A stretch of 64,000 bases of DNA from Acidimicrobiales bacterium (lineage in GTDB: Bacteria; Actinomycetota; Acidimicrobiia; Acidimicrobiales; CATQHL01). Under the pieces are notes generated by a model that worked only from the letters and a program-made list of their open reading frames with translations, was not told where the DNA came from and made no database searches. The stretch spans positions 1,274,483 to 1,338,482 of the forward strand of contig CBDBQD010000001.1 of NCBI GenBank assembly GCA_965209115.1, given 5' to 3'. Made by a program: the position numbers and the translations under genes. Shown one piece after another: positions 1-8,833 of the stretch; the stretch's first letter is position 1, and every line of letters begins with the position of its first letter.

Positions 1-129
1 TCCGACGTAGCACCCGGAGTAGAGCAGGGACGCCGGAGCCAACGGACTCGGCCACTCAAACCGGCGCCTCCGCTTGTCTATCGAGCTCTACCACGAACCC
101 CGCGAGCCCATCCGTCGGGTCGCGTCCCC

Positions 130-230
130 GCACCTCCAGACTCCGCTTCTCGGAGATTCCGGACTCCACTTTGCGGAGATTTCAAACTCCATTTTATAGA
201 GATTCCGGACTCCACTTTGCGGAGAATCCG
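130..230. repeat. 23-bp tandem repeat array, about 4.4 units (consensus GAGATTCCGGACTCCACTTTGCG)
   Basis: Identical units at 153-175 and 199-221; AT-rich variant at 176-198; degenerate unit at 130-152; partial unit at 222-230. Confidence 0.85.
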
Positions 231-246
231 GTGCTGCGCGAGGCAC

Positions 247-273
247 CTGGATTCCGGCCTTCGCCGGAATGAC
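247..273. repeat. REP-like palindrome, short form
   Basis: CTGGATTCCGGC-CTTC-GCCGGAATGAC; the same motif recurs elsewhere in the window. Confidence 0.85.
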
Positions 274-304
274 ACTCGGCGAGGATCGGGCGGGCTGGGG
301 CTCG

Positions 305-685
305 TCAGCCCGTGTGGCCGATTCGGGCGCTGAGGACGTCCCGCAGGCTCACTATCCCGAGCAGTTCGTCGCCCTCCAACACGGGGAGGTGGCGGAACCC
401 GCCGGAGAGCATCATCTCCGCCGCCTCCTCGGTGTCGATCTCGGGGGAGCAACAGATGGGCTCGGGGGACATCCAGCGCGAGATCGGCTCGGCGGCCATG
501 TCCGTGGGCTTGGCGGCGGCGCGCAGCACGTCGCGCTCGGTGAGGATGCCGCTGAGCATGGCGCCGTCCACCACGAGCACCGACCCGATGTGCCGTCGCA
601 CCATGTGCCGCGCCGCCTCGACCATCGGGGTGGAGCCGGGCAGGGTCACCACCCCGGTGCTCATGACCGCCCGCACCGAAGCCAT
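305..685 (-). CDS. CBS domain-containing protein
   Basis: Two CBS motifs (GILTERDV; GFRHLPV...GIVSLRDV). Confidence 0.9.
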   Translation of the reverse strand: MASVRAVMSTGVVTLPGSTPMVEAARHMVRRHIGSVLVVDGAMLSGILTERDVLRAAAKPTDMAAEPISRWMSPEPICCSPEIDTEEAAEMMLSGGFRHLPVLEGDELLGIVSLRDVLSARIGHTG

Positions 686-686
686 G

Positions 687-929
687 TCAGCCCGAGCCGC
701 CGGTCTCGTCGTAGCCGCTGCCGTCGCCCGGCTGTGAGGGCGTGTCGAGATCCTGGTTGAGGCACCGCCAGAGGGCGCCGGCCCATCCCACCGTGTGGGG
801 CCACTCGCGCCAGAAGGACTGCAGAGTGGCGGCGTCGATCTCGGCGGCGGCCTCCTCAGGGGTGACCTCGCGCGCCAAGGACTCCAGCAGGCTCATCGCA
901 TCGAGCAGCTTCTCGGACGGGTCGGACAT
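687..929 (-). CDS. small hypothetical protein
   Basis: 80-aa ORF with GGAGG RBS, 1 bp upstream of the CBS gene on the same strand. Confidence 0.7.
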   Translation of the reverse strand: MSDPSEKLLDAMSLLESLAREVTPEEAAAEIDAATLQSFWREWPHTVGWAGALWRCLNQDLDTPSQPGDGSGYDETGGSG

Positions 930-1062
930 CGGCGGCCTCCTTGCCGAAAGTCTGCCACATGTTCCCGACGTCGCAATTGTCGCGCCGCCGACGATCGGTC
1001 GGTGCCGCAGTGACCTGCCCGGCGTGTGCGCGATGGTCAGGGTATGGCCGGCTTTCCCGCTG

Positions 1063-1113
1063 CTGGATTCGGGCCCCGGATCGAGTCCGGGGCAGGCTCT
1101 GCGCCGGAATGAC
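1063..1113. repeat. REP-like palindrome, long form with nested hairpin
   Basis: CTGGATTCGGGC-CCCGGATCGAGTCCGGGGCAGGCT-CTGCGCCGGAATGAC, downstream of the oxygenase gene. Confidence 0.85.
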
Positions 1114-1138
1114 GTGCGCGGGTTGTCGCGGTGGGTGC

Positions 1139-2461
1139 TCAGACGCCGGCGGGAACCCAGGCGCAGTGGAATCCGTAAGGGACCCGGTTGGGGAGGGTCA
1201 CCGTTGCGAGCGGCCCCGAACCGACGGCGTCAGCGGCCAGGATGACCACCTCGCTGCCGTGCCGCGCGGCGTCGTAGACGACGGTCAGCACGTAGCCGTC
1301 GCCCTCCTCGGCGTCTTCGTGACGCGGTACGAACACCGCCTCGCTGGCGTAGCGGGACGGACCGAAGTGGTGGTGTTCGCTGGTGCCGGCCACCAGGTCG
1401 AGCCGCACCACGCGGTGCCCGTGGGAGACGCTGCCGGTCTCCTCGTCCACCAGCGTGGTCACGTAGGCGTAGCGGTTGGGTCGTCCGAGGAGCCGCTCGT
1501 CGATGCGGGGGAAGTCGCAGCGGACGTCGAAGAGGGTCTCCTCCCGGACCGAGCCGTCGCCGAGCCCCAGCCTCCAGCGGTGCACCATGGCCGGCACGTC
1601 GAAGCGATTCGAGGACGTGTCCCAGACGGAGTCGTAGCGGCATGCGTCGAGGGTGATGCGCCCGAACATCTCGCAGGCGTTGACCGTGTGGAAGACGTAG
1701 CAGGGATCGATCTCGAACCACTGCACGTCGCTGCCGGCGCGTGCCATGACCCCGAGGCGGGCGCCGTGATCGGGGTCCCAGCGGTAGGGGAGGCCGCCAT
1801 CGGCCTCTGGATCCCGCACCACCGGCAGGTCCATGAACACCACGTGATCGGACGTGATCGCGAAGTCGTGCATCATCACCGGCCGCGGCAGGTCGATCAC
1901 GGCGGTGCCGGTGAGCGTGCCGTCGCTGTCGAAGCGGAGGTAGGTGAGCTGCGGTTCGACCTCGGAGACAGCGAACGCCAGCATCTCGCCGGTGCGCGGG
2001 CAGATCTTGGGGTGTGCGGTGAGGTTGCGCACCGCGCCGCCGAAGTCGACCGGTCCGACGGTCTCCAGGTCGGAGGTTACCTCATACGGGCGGTGGCGCT
2101 CCTCGAGGGCCAGGATTCGCCCCCCGTGGACCACCACGTTGGTGTTGGCGGGCGAGTGGTCAGGATCGTCGTGGTTGCCGTTCAACTCCATCAGGCGTGG
2201 CGTGCGCACCCAACGGCTGCGGTAGCGCACGGCGCGCCCACCGCGCAGCAGCAGGCCGTGCAGCATCCCCTCGCCCAGGAACCAGTGCGGCGAGTCGCCG
2301 CGGGGCGGGTTGGGGCCGGCATGGATCAGCATGCCGTGCAACTCCTCCGGGATGCGGCCGCGGACCGGCAGGTCGAAACCTTCGGTCTCGTCGGGGAGGG
2401 GGCCGTGGTTGCCCCTCAACCACCAGGGCTTCTCAGCGTCTCCTGCAGTTCTGGCCGCCAC
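1139..2461 (-). CDS. carotenoid oxygenase family (RPE65/lignostilbene dioxygenase-like) protein
   Basis: HWFLGEGMLH, TAHPK, MMHDF, FHTVNA and PYGFH motifs supply the four Fe-binding His. Confidence 0.92.
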   Translation of the reverse strand: MAARTAGDAEKPWWLRGNHGPLPDETEGFDLPVRGRIPEELHGMLIHAGPNPPRGDSPHWFLGEGMLHGLLLRGGRAVRYRSRWVRTPRLMELNGNHDDPDHSPANTNVVVHGGRILALEERHRPYEVTSDLETVGPVDFGGAVRNLTAHPKICPRTGEMLAFAVSEVEPQLTYLRFDSDGTLTGTAVIDLPRPVMMHDFAITSDHVVFMDLPVVRDPEADGGLPYRWDPDHGARLGVMARAGSDVQWFEIDPCYVFHTVNACEMFGRITLDACRYDSVWDTSSNRFDVPAMVHRWRLGLGDGSVREETLFDVRCDFPRIDERLLGRPNRYAYVTTLVDEETGSVSHGHRVVRLDLVAGTSEHHHFGPSRYASEAVFVPRHEDAEEGDGYVLTVVYDAARHGSEVVILAADAVGSGPLATVTLPNRVPYGFHCAWVPAGV

Positions 2462-2705
2462 GATGGCCGGATACTAGCGATGCGGGCGCCTTGCCGCACC
2501 GCACCCGAGAGCCTTCGGCCGGAGTCGGCGGCGCGCCTCGCCGGCGGCGTTCGGTCTCCCTGCGACGGTGCCCGAGGGGATGACCCGCCGGCGCCGGGGC
2601 CGTGGCGAGCGGCCATGTCTTCGCAGCAGCCGCGCGAGGGTCGTCTCTCCGGCGCCGGGGCGGTGGCCCGTAGGCTCCGGCGATGCTCCGGTCGGGCGCA
2701 GGCCG

Positions 2706-3434
2706 ATGCTCACGCTGAGCGGCTTCGAGATCGCCGCCGCGGTGGCGGTCATGGCGGCGGGCGCCGCTGTGCAGGGCAGCGTCGGCTTCGGCATGAACGT
2801 CGTGGCCGCACCGATCCTCATCCAGATCAACCCCGACCTCGTGCCCGGCCCACTGCTGGCGGCCGCCTTGGTGATGAGCCTCATGGTGGCCCGCCGGGAC
2901 CGCTCGGGGATCAACCGGCCGGCGCTCACCTGGGCGCTCGCCGGGCGCATGCCCGGAGCGGTCTTGGGCGTGTTCCTGCTGGTGAGAGTGTTCTCGGACT
3001 GGAGCCTGTCGGTGTTCCTGGCGTCTGTGATCCTGGTCGGCGCCGGCCTGTCGGTGGCGCCGGTCCGCCTGCCGCAGGGACGTCCGGTGATCGCGCTCGG
3101 GGGCTTCGTGTCGGGCGTGGCGGGGACCACCACCGGGGTGGGCGGCCCGCCGATGGCGCTCGCGCTGCAACACGTCCCGCCGCGCCAGTTGCGGGGCACG
3201 ATGTCGGTGTACTTCCTGTTGGGTGCGTCGTTCTCGCTGGGGTTGCTGGCGGCGTGGGGCCAGTTCGGCACCCGGCATCTCGTCGCCGTGGGGATCCTGG
3301 TGCCGGGCCAGCTGCTCGGCTACGTGCTCTCGGGACGCCTGGTGCCGGTGCTGGAACGCGGCTACACGCGCCCCGCGCTGCTGGTGATCTCGGTCGCCGC
3401 AGCACTCAGCGTGCTGGTACGCGCCCTGATCTGA
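2706..3434 (+). CDS. sulfite exporter TauE/SafE (TSUP) family membrane protein
   Basis: VQGSVGFG and GVGGPP motifs; hydrophobic helices. Confidence 0.85.
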   Translation: MLTLSGFEIAAAVAVMAAGAAVQGSVGFGMNVVAAPILIQINPDLVPGPLLAAALVMSLMVARRDRSGINRPALTWALAGRMPGAVLGVFLLVRVFSDWSLSVFLASVILVGAGLSVAPVRLPQGRPVIALGGFVSGVAGTTTGVGGPPMALALQHVPPRQLRGTMSVYFLLGASFSLGLLAAWGQFGTRHLVAVGILVPGQLLGYVLSGRLVPVLERGYTRPALLVISVAAALSVLVRALI

Positions 3435-3465
3435 GCCCTCGTGCAGGCGGTGTGACCGGCGCCCG

Positions 3466-4578
3466 CTACGCGGTCGGCTGGATCTCCCCCGGTCGCACCG
3501 AGCGGTTCTCGGCCGCGGACAGATAAGCCGCCTGCACGAGGCGCAGGGTGTTGAGGTTGTCGCGGCCGCTGGTGGGGGGCTCGGTGTCGTCGTCGATGGC
3601 GCCCATCAGCGAGGAGATCGGCCCGACGAAACCCTCGGGGATCCAGCGTCCCGGAAGCTCGGTCTCGAAACCGCCGGCCGGGTCGTCGTGCGCCGACCAG
3701 CGCACCGTGTCGGCGCGCCCGTGGGGGTAGTCGTAGGAGAGCCCCATGGTGCCCGAGGCGACTCCCTCGGTGCCCAGGACGCGCACCCGTCCGAACACGT
3801 CGTCGCTCCGGTCGTTGTGGTCGACGGCCACGAAGGCCTGCAACCCGGAGGCGTAGTCGAGGATCGTGACCGTCTGCGTCTCTGCGCTCGGCGCCTGCGA
3901 CGGCTGACGGGTATGTCGACTCGTGACCCACTCCGGCTCGCCGTGCGCCCCGAGCAGGAAACGCATGCCGTCGAGGTAGTGGATGCTGTGGTACATGACC
4001 TCCAGTCGGGGCACCTCCATCAGCCAGGGCCAGAGCTCCCACGGATTCACCAGGGACTCGTGGACGAAGGCGGCGGTGGGCGTGCCGATCCGGCCCTGTG
4101 CGATGAGCGTGTGCATCGCCCGCACGACCGGGCTCCAGCGGTACTGCTGGTTCACGGCCAGCTTGACGCCGGCGGACTCGGCGCGCGCGACGATCTCGAC
4201 TGCTTGGGCGAAGTCGTCCGAGAGGGGCTTCTGGCAGAGCAGGTGCTTGCCGGCGTCCGCGAGGGCACGGACCAACTCGAGTTGACGCCGGGCGGGGACG
4301 GCGATGTCCGCGATCTCCACCGAGGGGTCGCCCGCGACCTCCTCTAGCGAGTCGAACACCCGCTGGATGCCCCACCGCTCGGCGGTGTGCTGCGCGGCCT
4401 CGGGCTCGATGTCGTAACAGCCCACCACGTTGAGTCCGTGGGAGGTGTACGCCGGCAGGTGCCCGTCGTTGACGATCCCCCCGCAGCCCACGATGGCGAT
4501 GCCGTGATCGTGGCGGTCGGGGAGCCAGGACCGTGTGTCGAGACCGAGTGCGGCCGGATCGGGGGCGGCGGTGTTCAT
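3466..4578 (-). CDS. Gfo/Idh/MocA family oxidoreductase
   Basis: IAIVGCGGI Rossmann motif, LCQKPL, HSIHYLD. Confidence 0.9.
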   Translation of the reverse strand: MNTAAPDPAALGLDTRSWLPDRHDHGIAIVGCGGIVNDGHLPAYTSHGLNVVGCYDIEPEAAQHTAERWGIQRVFDSLEEVAGDPSVEIADIAVPARRQLELVRALADAGKHLLCQKPLSDDFAQAVEIVARAESAGVKLAVNQQYRWSPVVRAMHTLIAQGRIGTPTAAFVHESLVNPWELWPWLMEVPRLEVMYHSIHYLDGMRFLLGAHGEPEWVTSRHTRQPSQAPSAETQTVTILDYASGLQAFVAVDHNDRSDDVFGRVRVLGTEGVASGTMGLSYDYPHGRADTVRWSAHDDPAGGFETELPGRWIPEGFVGPISSLMGAIDDDTEPPTSGRDNLNTLRLVQAAYLSAAENRSVRPGEIQPTA

Positions 4579-4635
4579 AGTGGAACGATATGTCAATCAG
4601 TACTATTTGGTCAATGAAGCGTACAGGAGCGGCCT

Positions 4636-4893
4636 GTGACTGAGTTCGAGAGGGCTCAGGCAATGATCGCGCGGTGGCGGAGGACTCAGACGGGCGTGCG
4701 CTTCTCCGATCTGGCGAGGGTATGCCGCCTATACTTCGGCGAACCTCGTGGCAAGGGCAGCCATTTGATCTTCCGAACATCTCTGAGGGGAACACCGATC
4801 GTGAACATCCAGGAGCACGACGGGGAGGCGAAGCCTTACCAGGTGCGTCAGGCCTTGCGGGCGATCGAACTCAAGGGGGACCCAGATGGATGA
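4636..4893 (+). CDS. hicA: HicA-family toxin
   Basis: VRFSDL...GSHLIF...AKPYQVRQ signature. Confidence 0.85.
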   Translation: MTEFERAQAMIARWRRTQTGVRFSDLARVCRLYFGEPRGKGSHLIFRTSLRGTPIVNIQEHDGEAKPYQVRQALRAIELKGDPDG

Positions 4894-5137
4894 GCCCTGC
4901 TACGAGTATCGCGCCTTCTGGTCCACCGAGGATGACGCCTGGATTGGACTGTGTGACGGGTTCTCTCTGGTGAGCCACTTGGCACCCACCGAGGCAGAAG
5001 CGCTCGACGGCATCCGCTCTCTCGTGACCGACATCGTGGCCGACCTGCGATCCGAAGGCGAACCGCTCCCGAGTCCCGCGCCCTGGGAGCAGCACAGCGC
5101 GGCGCGGTGCGCGGGTTCGCCCGCTCCGGCCGGCTGA
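4886..5137 (+). CDS. hicB: HicB-family antitoxin, N-terminal domain only
   Basis: YRAFWSTEDDAWIG...EALDGIR...GEPLP; overlaps the hicA stop codon. Confidence 0.8.
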   Translation: MDEPCYEYRAFWSTEDDAWIGLCDGFSLVSHLAPTEAEALDGIRSLVTDIVADLRSEGEPLPSPAPWEQHSAARCAGSPAPAG

Positions 5138-5172
5138 CCGCACATCCTCTGGTAGTAGTCGGGGGAGGGAAC

Positions 5173-5955
5173 ATGAGTCAGAGAATGTTCGAGGGGCGCA
5201 ACGCCTTTGTGACCGGGGCGGCGAATGGGATCGGCCGAGGCATCGCGCTGCGGCTGGCGGCGGCGGGTGCCGCGCTGGCGCTGAACGACATCGACGCCGC
5301 AGCTCTCGACGCCGTCGTCGCGGAGATCCGCGATGCGGGAGGGCACGCGGTGGCCTACCCCGCTGACGTGTCGTCGCCGGTGGCGGTACGGGCCGCCATC
5401 GACGAGGCGATCGATGCGCTCGGACCGATCACGCTCGGCGTGACGTCCGCCGGGATCGTCGAGATCGTCCCCGCCCTGGAGCTCACCGAGGAGGCCTGGG
5501 ACCGGATGCTGGGCATCAACCTGAAGGGCACGTTCTTCACCCTGCAGGCGCTGGCCCGCCACATGATGGCGGGTGACGGCGGCCGTCTCGTGGCGATCGC
5601 CTCGATCGGCGCCAAGATCGGCCGCGCCGACGCCGTCGACTACACGGCGTCCAAGGCCGGGGTGGCGAGCGTGGTGAAGTCGCTCGCCCTGGCGCTGGCA
5701 CCGAAGGTGCAGATCAACGCGGTCTGCCCCGGCGTCGTCGACACCGCCATGACGCCCAAGATCCACAAGTCCCGAGCCGCGCGGGCCGGGATCACCCCCC
5801 AGGAGTCGATCGACGCGATCGTGGCGACCATCCCCATGGGGCGCATCCAGACGCCCGACGACGTGGCCCGGTCGGTGCAGTACTTCCTCAGCGATGCGGC
5901 CGACTACGTGACCGGCCAGGCGCTCAACGTCGACGGCGGGATCATCTTCCACTAG
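5173..5955 (+). CDS. SDR family oxidoreductase
   Basis: TGAANGIG, YTASK, NAVCPG; GGAGG RBS. Confidence 0.92.
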   Translation: MSQRMFEGRNAFVTGAANGIGRGIALRLAAAGAALALNDIDAAALDAVVAEIRDAGGHAVAYPADVSSPVAVRAAIDEAIDALGPITLGVTSAGIVEIVPALELTEEAWDRMLGINLKGTFFTLQALARHMMAGDGGRLVAIASIGAKIGRADAVDYTASKAGVASVVKSLALALAPKVQINAVCPGVVDTAMTPKIHKSRAARAGITPQESIDAIVATIPMGRIQTPDDVARSVQYFLSDAADYVTGQALNVDGGIIFH

Positions 5956-6070
5956 CCCGGTCCGAACCGGACGGCGTCCTTGGGGCCGACACCGCTCGTC
6001 CCGCTTGGGGGGCGACGCTGCGGCGGCTATACATGACCCCGTTCGTGCGCCTCGTCGAGGGAGATCAACC

Positions 6071-6523
6071 ATGCTCGCCGGCACCCATCACGTCGGTTTC
6101 ACCGTGCCCGATCTGGATCGCTCGGTGGCGTTCTACTCGGCCCTGTTCGAGACCGAGCCGTTCATCAAGGCAATCTTCGACAAGCCGTACACGGCCGAGC
6201 AGATCGGCTATCCGGGCGCGCGGCTGTACATCGCGCTCTTCCACATTCCCAACTCCACCGTGCTGCTGGAGCTGATCGAGTACCTCGAGCCGACGGGCGA
6301 GATGGTGGACGTCGAGTCCAAGAACCCCGGCACGGCACACCTCTGTCTCTCCTCCACGGACCTGGCCGCGGACTTCGAGCGCTTCGTGTCACTCGGCGCT
6401 GTGCCGCGCAGCAAGGGCCCGGTGACGATCACGCACGGGCCCAACAAGGGCAAGCGCGTGGGGTATTTCCGCGACCCCGAGGGCCTCACCCTCGAACTCC
6501 TGGAGACGGCGCCGGTCGAGTGA
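6071..6523 (+). CDS. VOC (glyoxalase-like) family protein
   Basis: HHVGFTVPDL...LELIEY...AHLCL...RDPEGLTLEL. Confidence 0.88.
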   Translation: MLAGTHHVGFTVPDLDRSVAFYSALFETEPFIKAIFDKPYTAEQIGYPGARLYIALFHIPNSTVLLELIEYLEPTGEMVDVESKNPGTAHLCLSSTDLAADFERFVSLGAVPRSKGPVTITHGPNKGKRVGYFRDPEGLTLELLETAPVE

Positions 6524-6555
6524 TCCGGCCCGGGCGCCGCCGAGCGGTGGCCGGG

Positions 6556-6879
6556 CTACAGGCTCCAGACGTGGTCGAAGGGTTGAGGCCAGCCGTGCTC
6601 GTCGGTCTCGTCGATGCTGATCAGATCGGCGAAGTGCTCCTCCCAGCGGGCCCCGATGTCGCTGGCGTTGTAGCGGGCGGCGGCAGCCGCGTAGTCGTCC
6701 ACCTCGATGAAGCTGACGGCGACGTCGCCCCAGAGGTAGATGTCGTAGCGACCGAAGCCGCACTCGCGCAGCAACTCCTCGATCTCGGGCCACACGGTTG
6801 CGTGGCGCCGGGCGTACTCGGCGGGATCGTTGACCCGGAAACTATGGCTGAGCCGGATCGGCTCGGGAGCCTCAGCCAC
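6556..6879 (-). CDS. L-rhamnose mutarotase family protein
   Basis: EYARRHATVWPE and YDIY motifs. Confidence 0.85.
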   Translation of the reverse strand: MAEAPEPIRLSHSFRVNDPAEYARRHATVWPEIEELLRECGFGRYDIYLWGDVAVSFIEVDDYAAAAARYNASDIGARWEEHFADLISIDETDEHGWPQPFDHVWSL

Positions 6880-6944
6880 CGCATTTCTCAGCTACGGGCG
6901 AGGCGGTCGTACCACCGGAGGGGCCTCGGATCTCCGCCCGCAAC

Positions 6945-7985
6945 TCAGCCACGGGCCAGGCGCCCGCGCCGCCACTCGTCGAACAGCACAGCCAGGATCA
7001 GGGCGCTGCCCTGGGCCACCCGCTGGAACTCGGGCTCCGCACCCGACTGGATCAGCCCGGTCAGCAGGCAGGACAGGAAGAGCACGCCGAGGAAGGTGCC
7101 GAGCAGACGTCCCCGCCCTCCCAGGAGGCTCGCCCCGCCCAGGATGACGGCGGTGATGACCGCCAACTCGAGTCCGATGGACGACGAGGGGATCCCGGTC
7201 CCCAGCCGAGCGGCGTTGACCAGCCCGGCGAGGCCCGCCATCATGCCCGAGACGCCGTAGAAGACGAGCTTCCAACGGTTGACGTGCACGCCCGCCAGCG
7301 CGGCGGCGCGCTCGTTCGAGCCAACGGCGTACATGTATCTCCCGAAGCGGTATCGCGGGATGATGAAGCCGAACACCACGTAGGTGCCCAGCAGGATCCA
7401 CACGATGTAGGGGAGGCCGGCCGCGCTGAGCTTCCCCAGGTTCTGGAAGCCCTCGTGGTTGACGGTGATCTGCTTGTTGTTGGTGAGGACGTAGGCCATT
7501 CCGCGCACGATGGCGAACGTTCCCAGCGTGGTGATCAGGGGGTTGATGCGCCCGTAGCCCGTGATGGCGCCGTTCACGACCCCGATGAGCGCGCCGATGG
7601 CGAGGGCCGCCAGCACGCTGGCGGCCAGGCTGCCGCCGTTGTCCACGACCCACGCCGATCCCACACTGGACATCGCGGCGACCGATCCGACCGAGAGGTC
7701 GAAGCCGCCGGCGATGATGACGACGGTCTCGCCGACGGCCGCGATCCCGATGATCGTCATCCGCTTGCCGATCTCGATGAAGTTGCTCTGCGTGAGGAAA
7801 TACGGGTGCGCCGTTCGCCAGAAGACCAGGATCTCGACGCCGAGGATCATGAAGAGTCCGGGGCCGACATCGCTGACGGTGTGGCGGGCCCTGGCGATTC
7901 CCTTCCTTGCGGTCAGGAGGATTCTCGACGGGACGGCAGGCGGCTCCTGCTCCGGCGTGTTCCAGCCGCCGGCTCGATCTGTCAT
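6945..7985 (-). CDS. sugar ABC transporter permease (RbsC-like)
   Basis: GGFDLSVGS, AVGSNERAAALAG, LGGASLLGGRG. Confidence 0.92.
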   Translation of the reverse strand: MTDRAGGWNTPEQEPPAVPSRILLTARKGIARARHTVSDVGPGLFMILGVEILVFWRTAHPYFLTQSNFIEIGKRMTIIGIAAVGETVVIIAGGFDLSVGSVAAMSSVGSAWVVDNGGSLAASVLAALAIGALIGVVNGAITGYGRINPLITTLGTFAIVRGMAYVLTNNKQITVNHEGFQNLGKLSAAGLPYIVWILLGTYVVFGFIIPRYRFGRYMYAVGSNERAAALAGVHVNRWKLVFYGVSGMMAGLAGLVNAARLGTGIPSSSIGLELAVITAVILGGASLLGGRGRLLGTFLGVLFLSCLLTGLIQSGAEPEFQRVAQGSALILAVLFDEWRRGRLARG

Positions 7986-8749
7986 GAAGCCGCTCCCACC
8001 GCGGCTTCGCTCATCAGCCGCACGATGCGGGTCGTCATGTCGTCCATGGTCTGGCCGGCCACGTCGAACTCGTCGACGATCTTGCCGTGGACCAGCACGC
8101 CGATGGTGTCGGCCACCTGGATGAGGTCGGTGAAGCGGTGACTTACGAGGATCATCGTCACGCCGCGGTCCTTCAGCCGTGCGATGAGCCGGTTGACGAC
8201 GTTCACCTTCTCGACCGACAGCGCCGCCGTGGGCTCGTCCATCAGCAGGATGCGAGGGTCGAACTCCAGCGCCCGAGCCACCGCCACCAGTTGGCGCTCA
8301 CCCCCCGACAGCGACTTCACCTTTCGGTTCGTCGGCATGGGGCTGCCAACCGACTCGAGCACCTGCGCGGCTTCGGCGTGCATGCGTTTGTGGTCGAGGC
8401 GTTTGATCCCCGGTCCGCGTCCCTTCTGGCGTTCGCGGCCGAGGAAGATGTTGGAGGCGGCGTCCAAGTCCTCCGCCAGCGCCAGATCCTGGTAGATCAT
8501 CTCGATACCGGCGAGACGGGCGTCGATGGCGGAGTGGAAGTCCACCGGATCGCCCTCGACGCGGATCTCGCCGGCGTCACGCGGATGCACACCGCTGAGG
8601 ATCTTCAGCAGCGTGGACTTGCCGGCGCCGTTGTCGCCCACCAGCCCGTAGCAGCGGGACGTGGGGACCGACAGCGACACGCCCTTGAGGACCTCCACGG
8701 GGCCGAAGGACTTCTCGATGTTGGCCAGCTCGATGGCGTTGGCTGTCAT
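7982..8749 (-). CDS. sugar ABC transporter ATP-binding protein
   Basis: GDNGAGKS, LSGGERQ, LLMDEPT. Confidence 0.93.
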   Translation of the reverse strand: MTANAIELANIEKSFGPVEVLKGVSLSVPTSRCYGLVGDNGAGKSTLLKILSGVHPRDAGEIRVEGDPVDFHSAIDARLAGIEMIYQDLALAEDLDAASNIFLGRERQKGRGPGIKRLDHKRMHAEAAQVLESVGSPMPTNRKVKSLSGGERQLVAVARALEFDPRILLMDEPTAALSVEKVNVVNRLIARLKDRGVTMILVSHRFTDLIQVADTIGVLVHGKIVDEFDVAGQTMDDMTTRIVRLMSEAAVGAAS

Positions 8750-8833
8750 GGGGGATCCCCTGCGCGGAACCGGGGGTGTGCCGCGGGACTGCTCCCGCGG
8801 CACACCTGACTAGTGGTTGCTATCCGTCTGAGA

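Noticed and set aside
130-230. Possible CRISPR array
   Set aside because: The units are directly adjacent, with no unique spacers
941-3526. 861-aa ORF and other long antisense ORFs (for example 8813-11275, 23582-26041, 36736-39009, 51765-53756)
   Set aside because: Shadow frames of real genes in high-GC DNA, with no recognisable motifs
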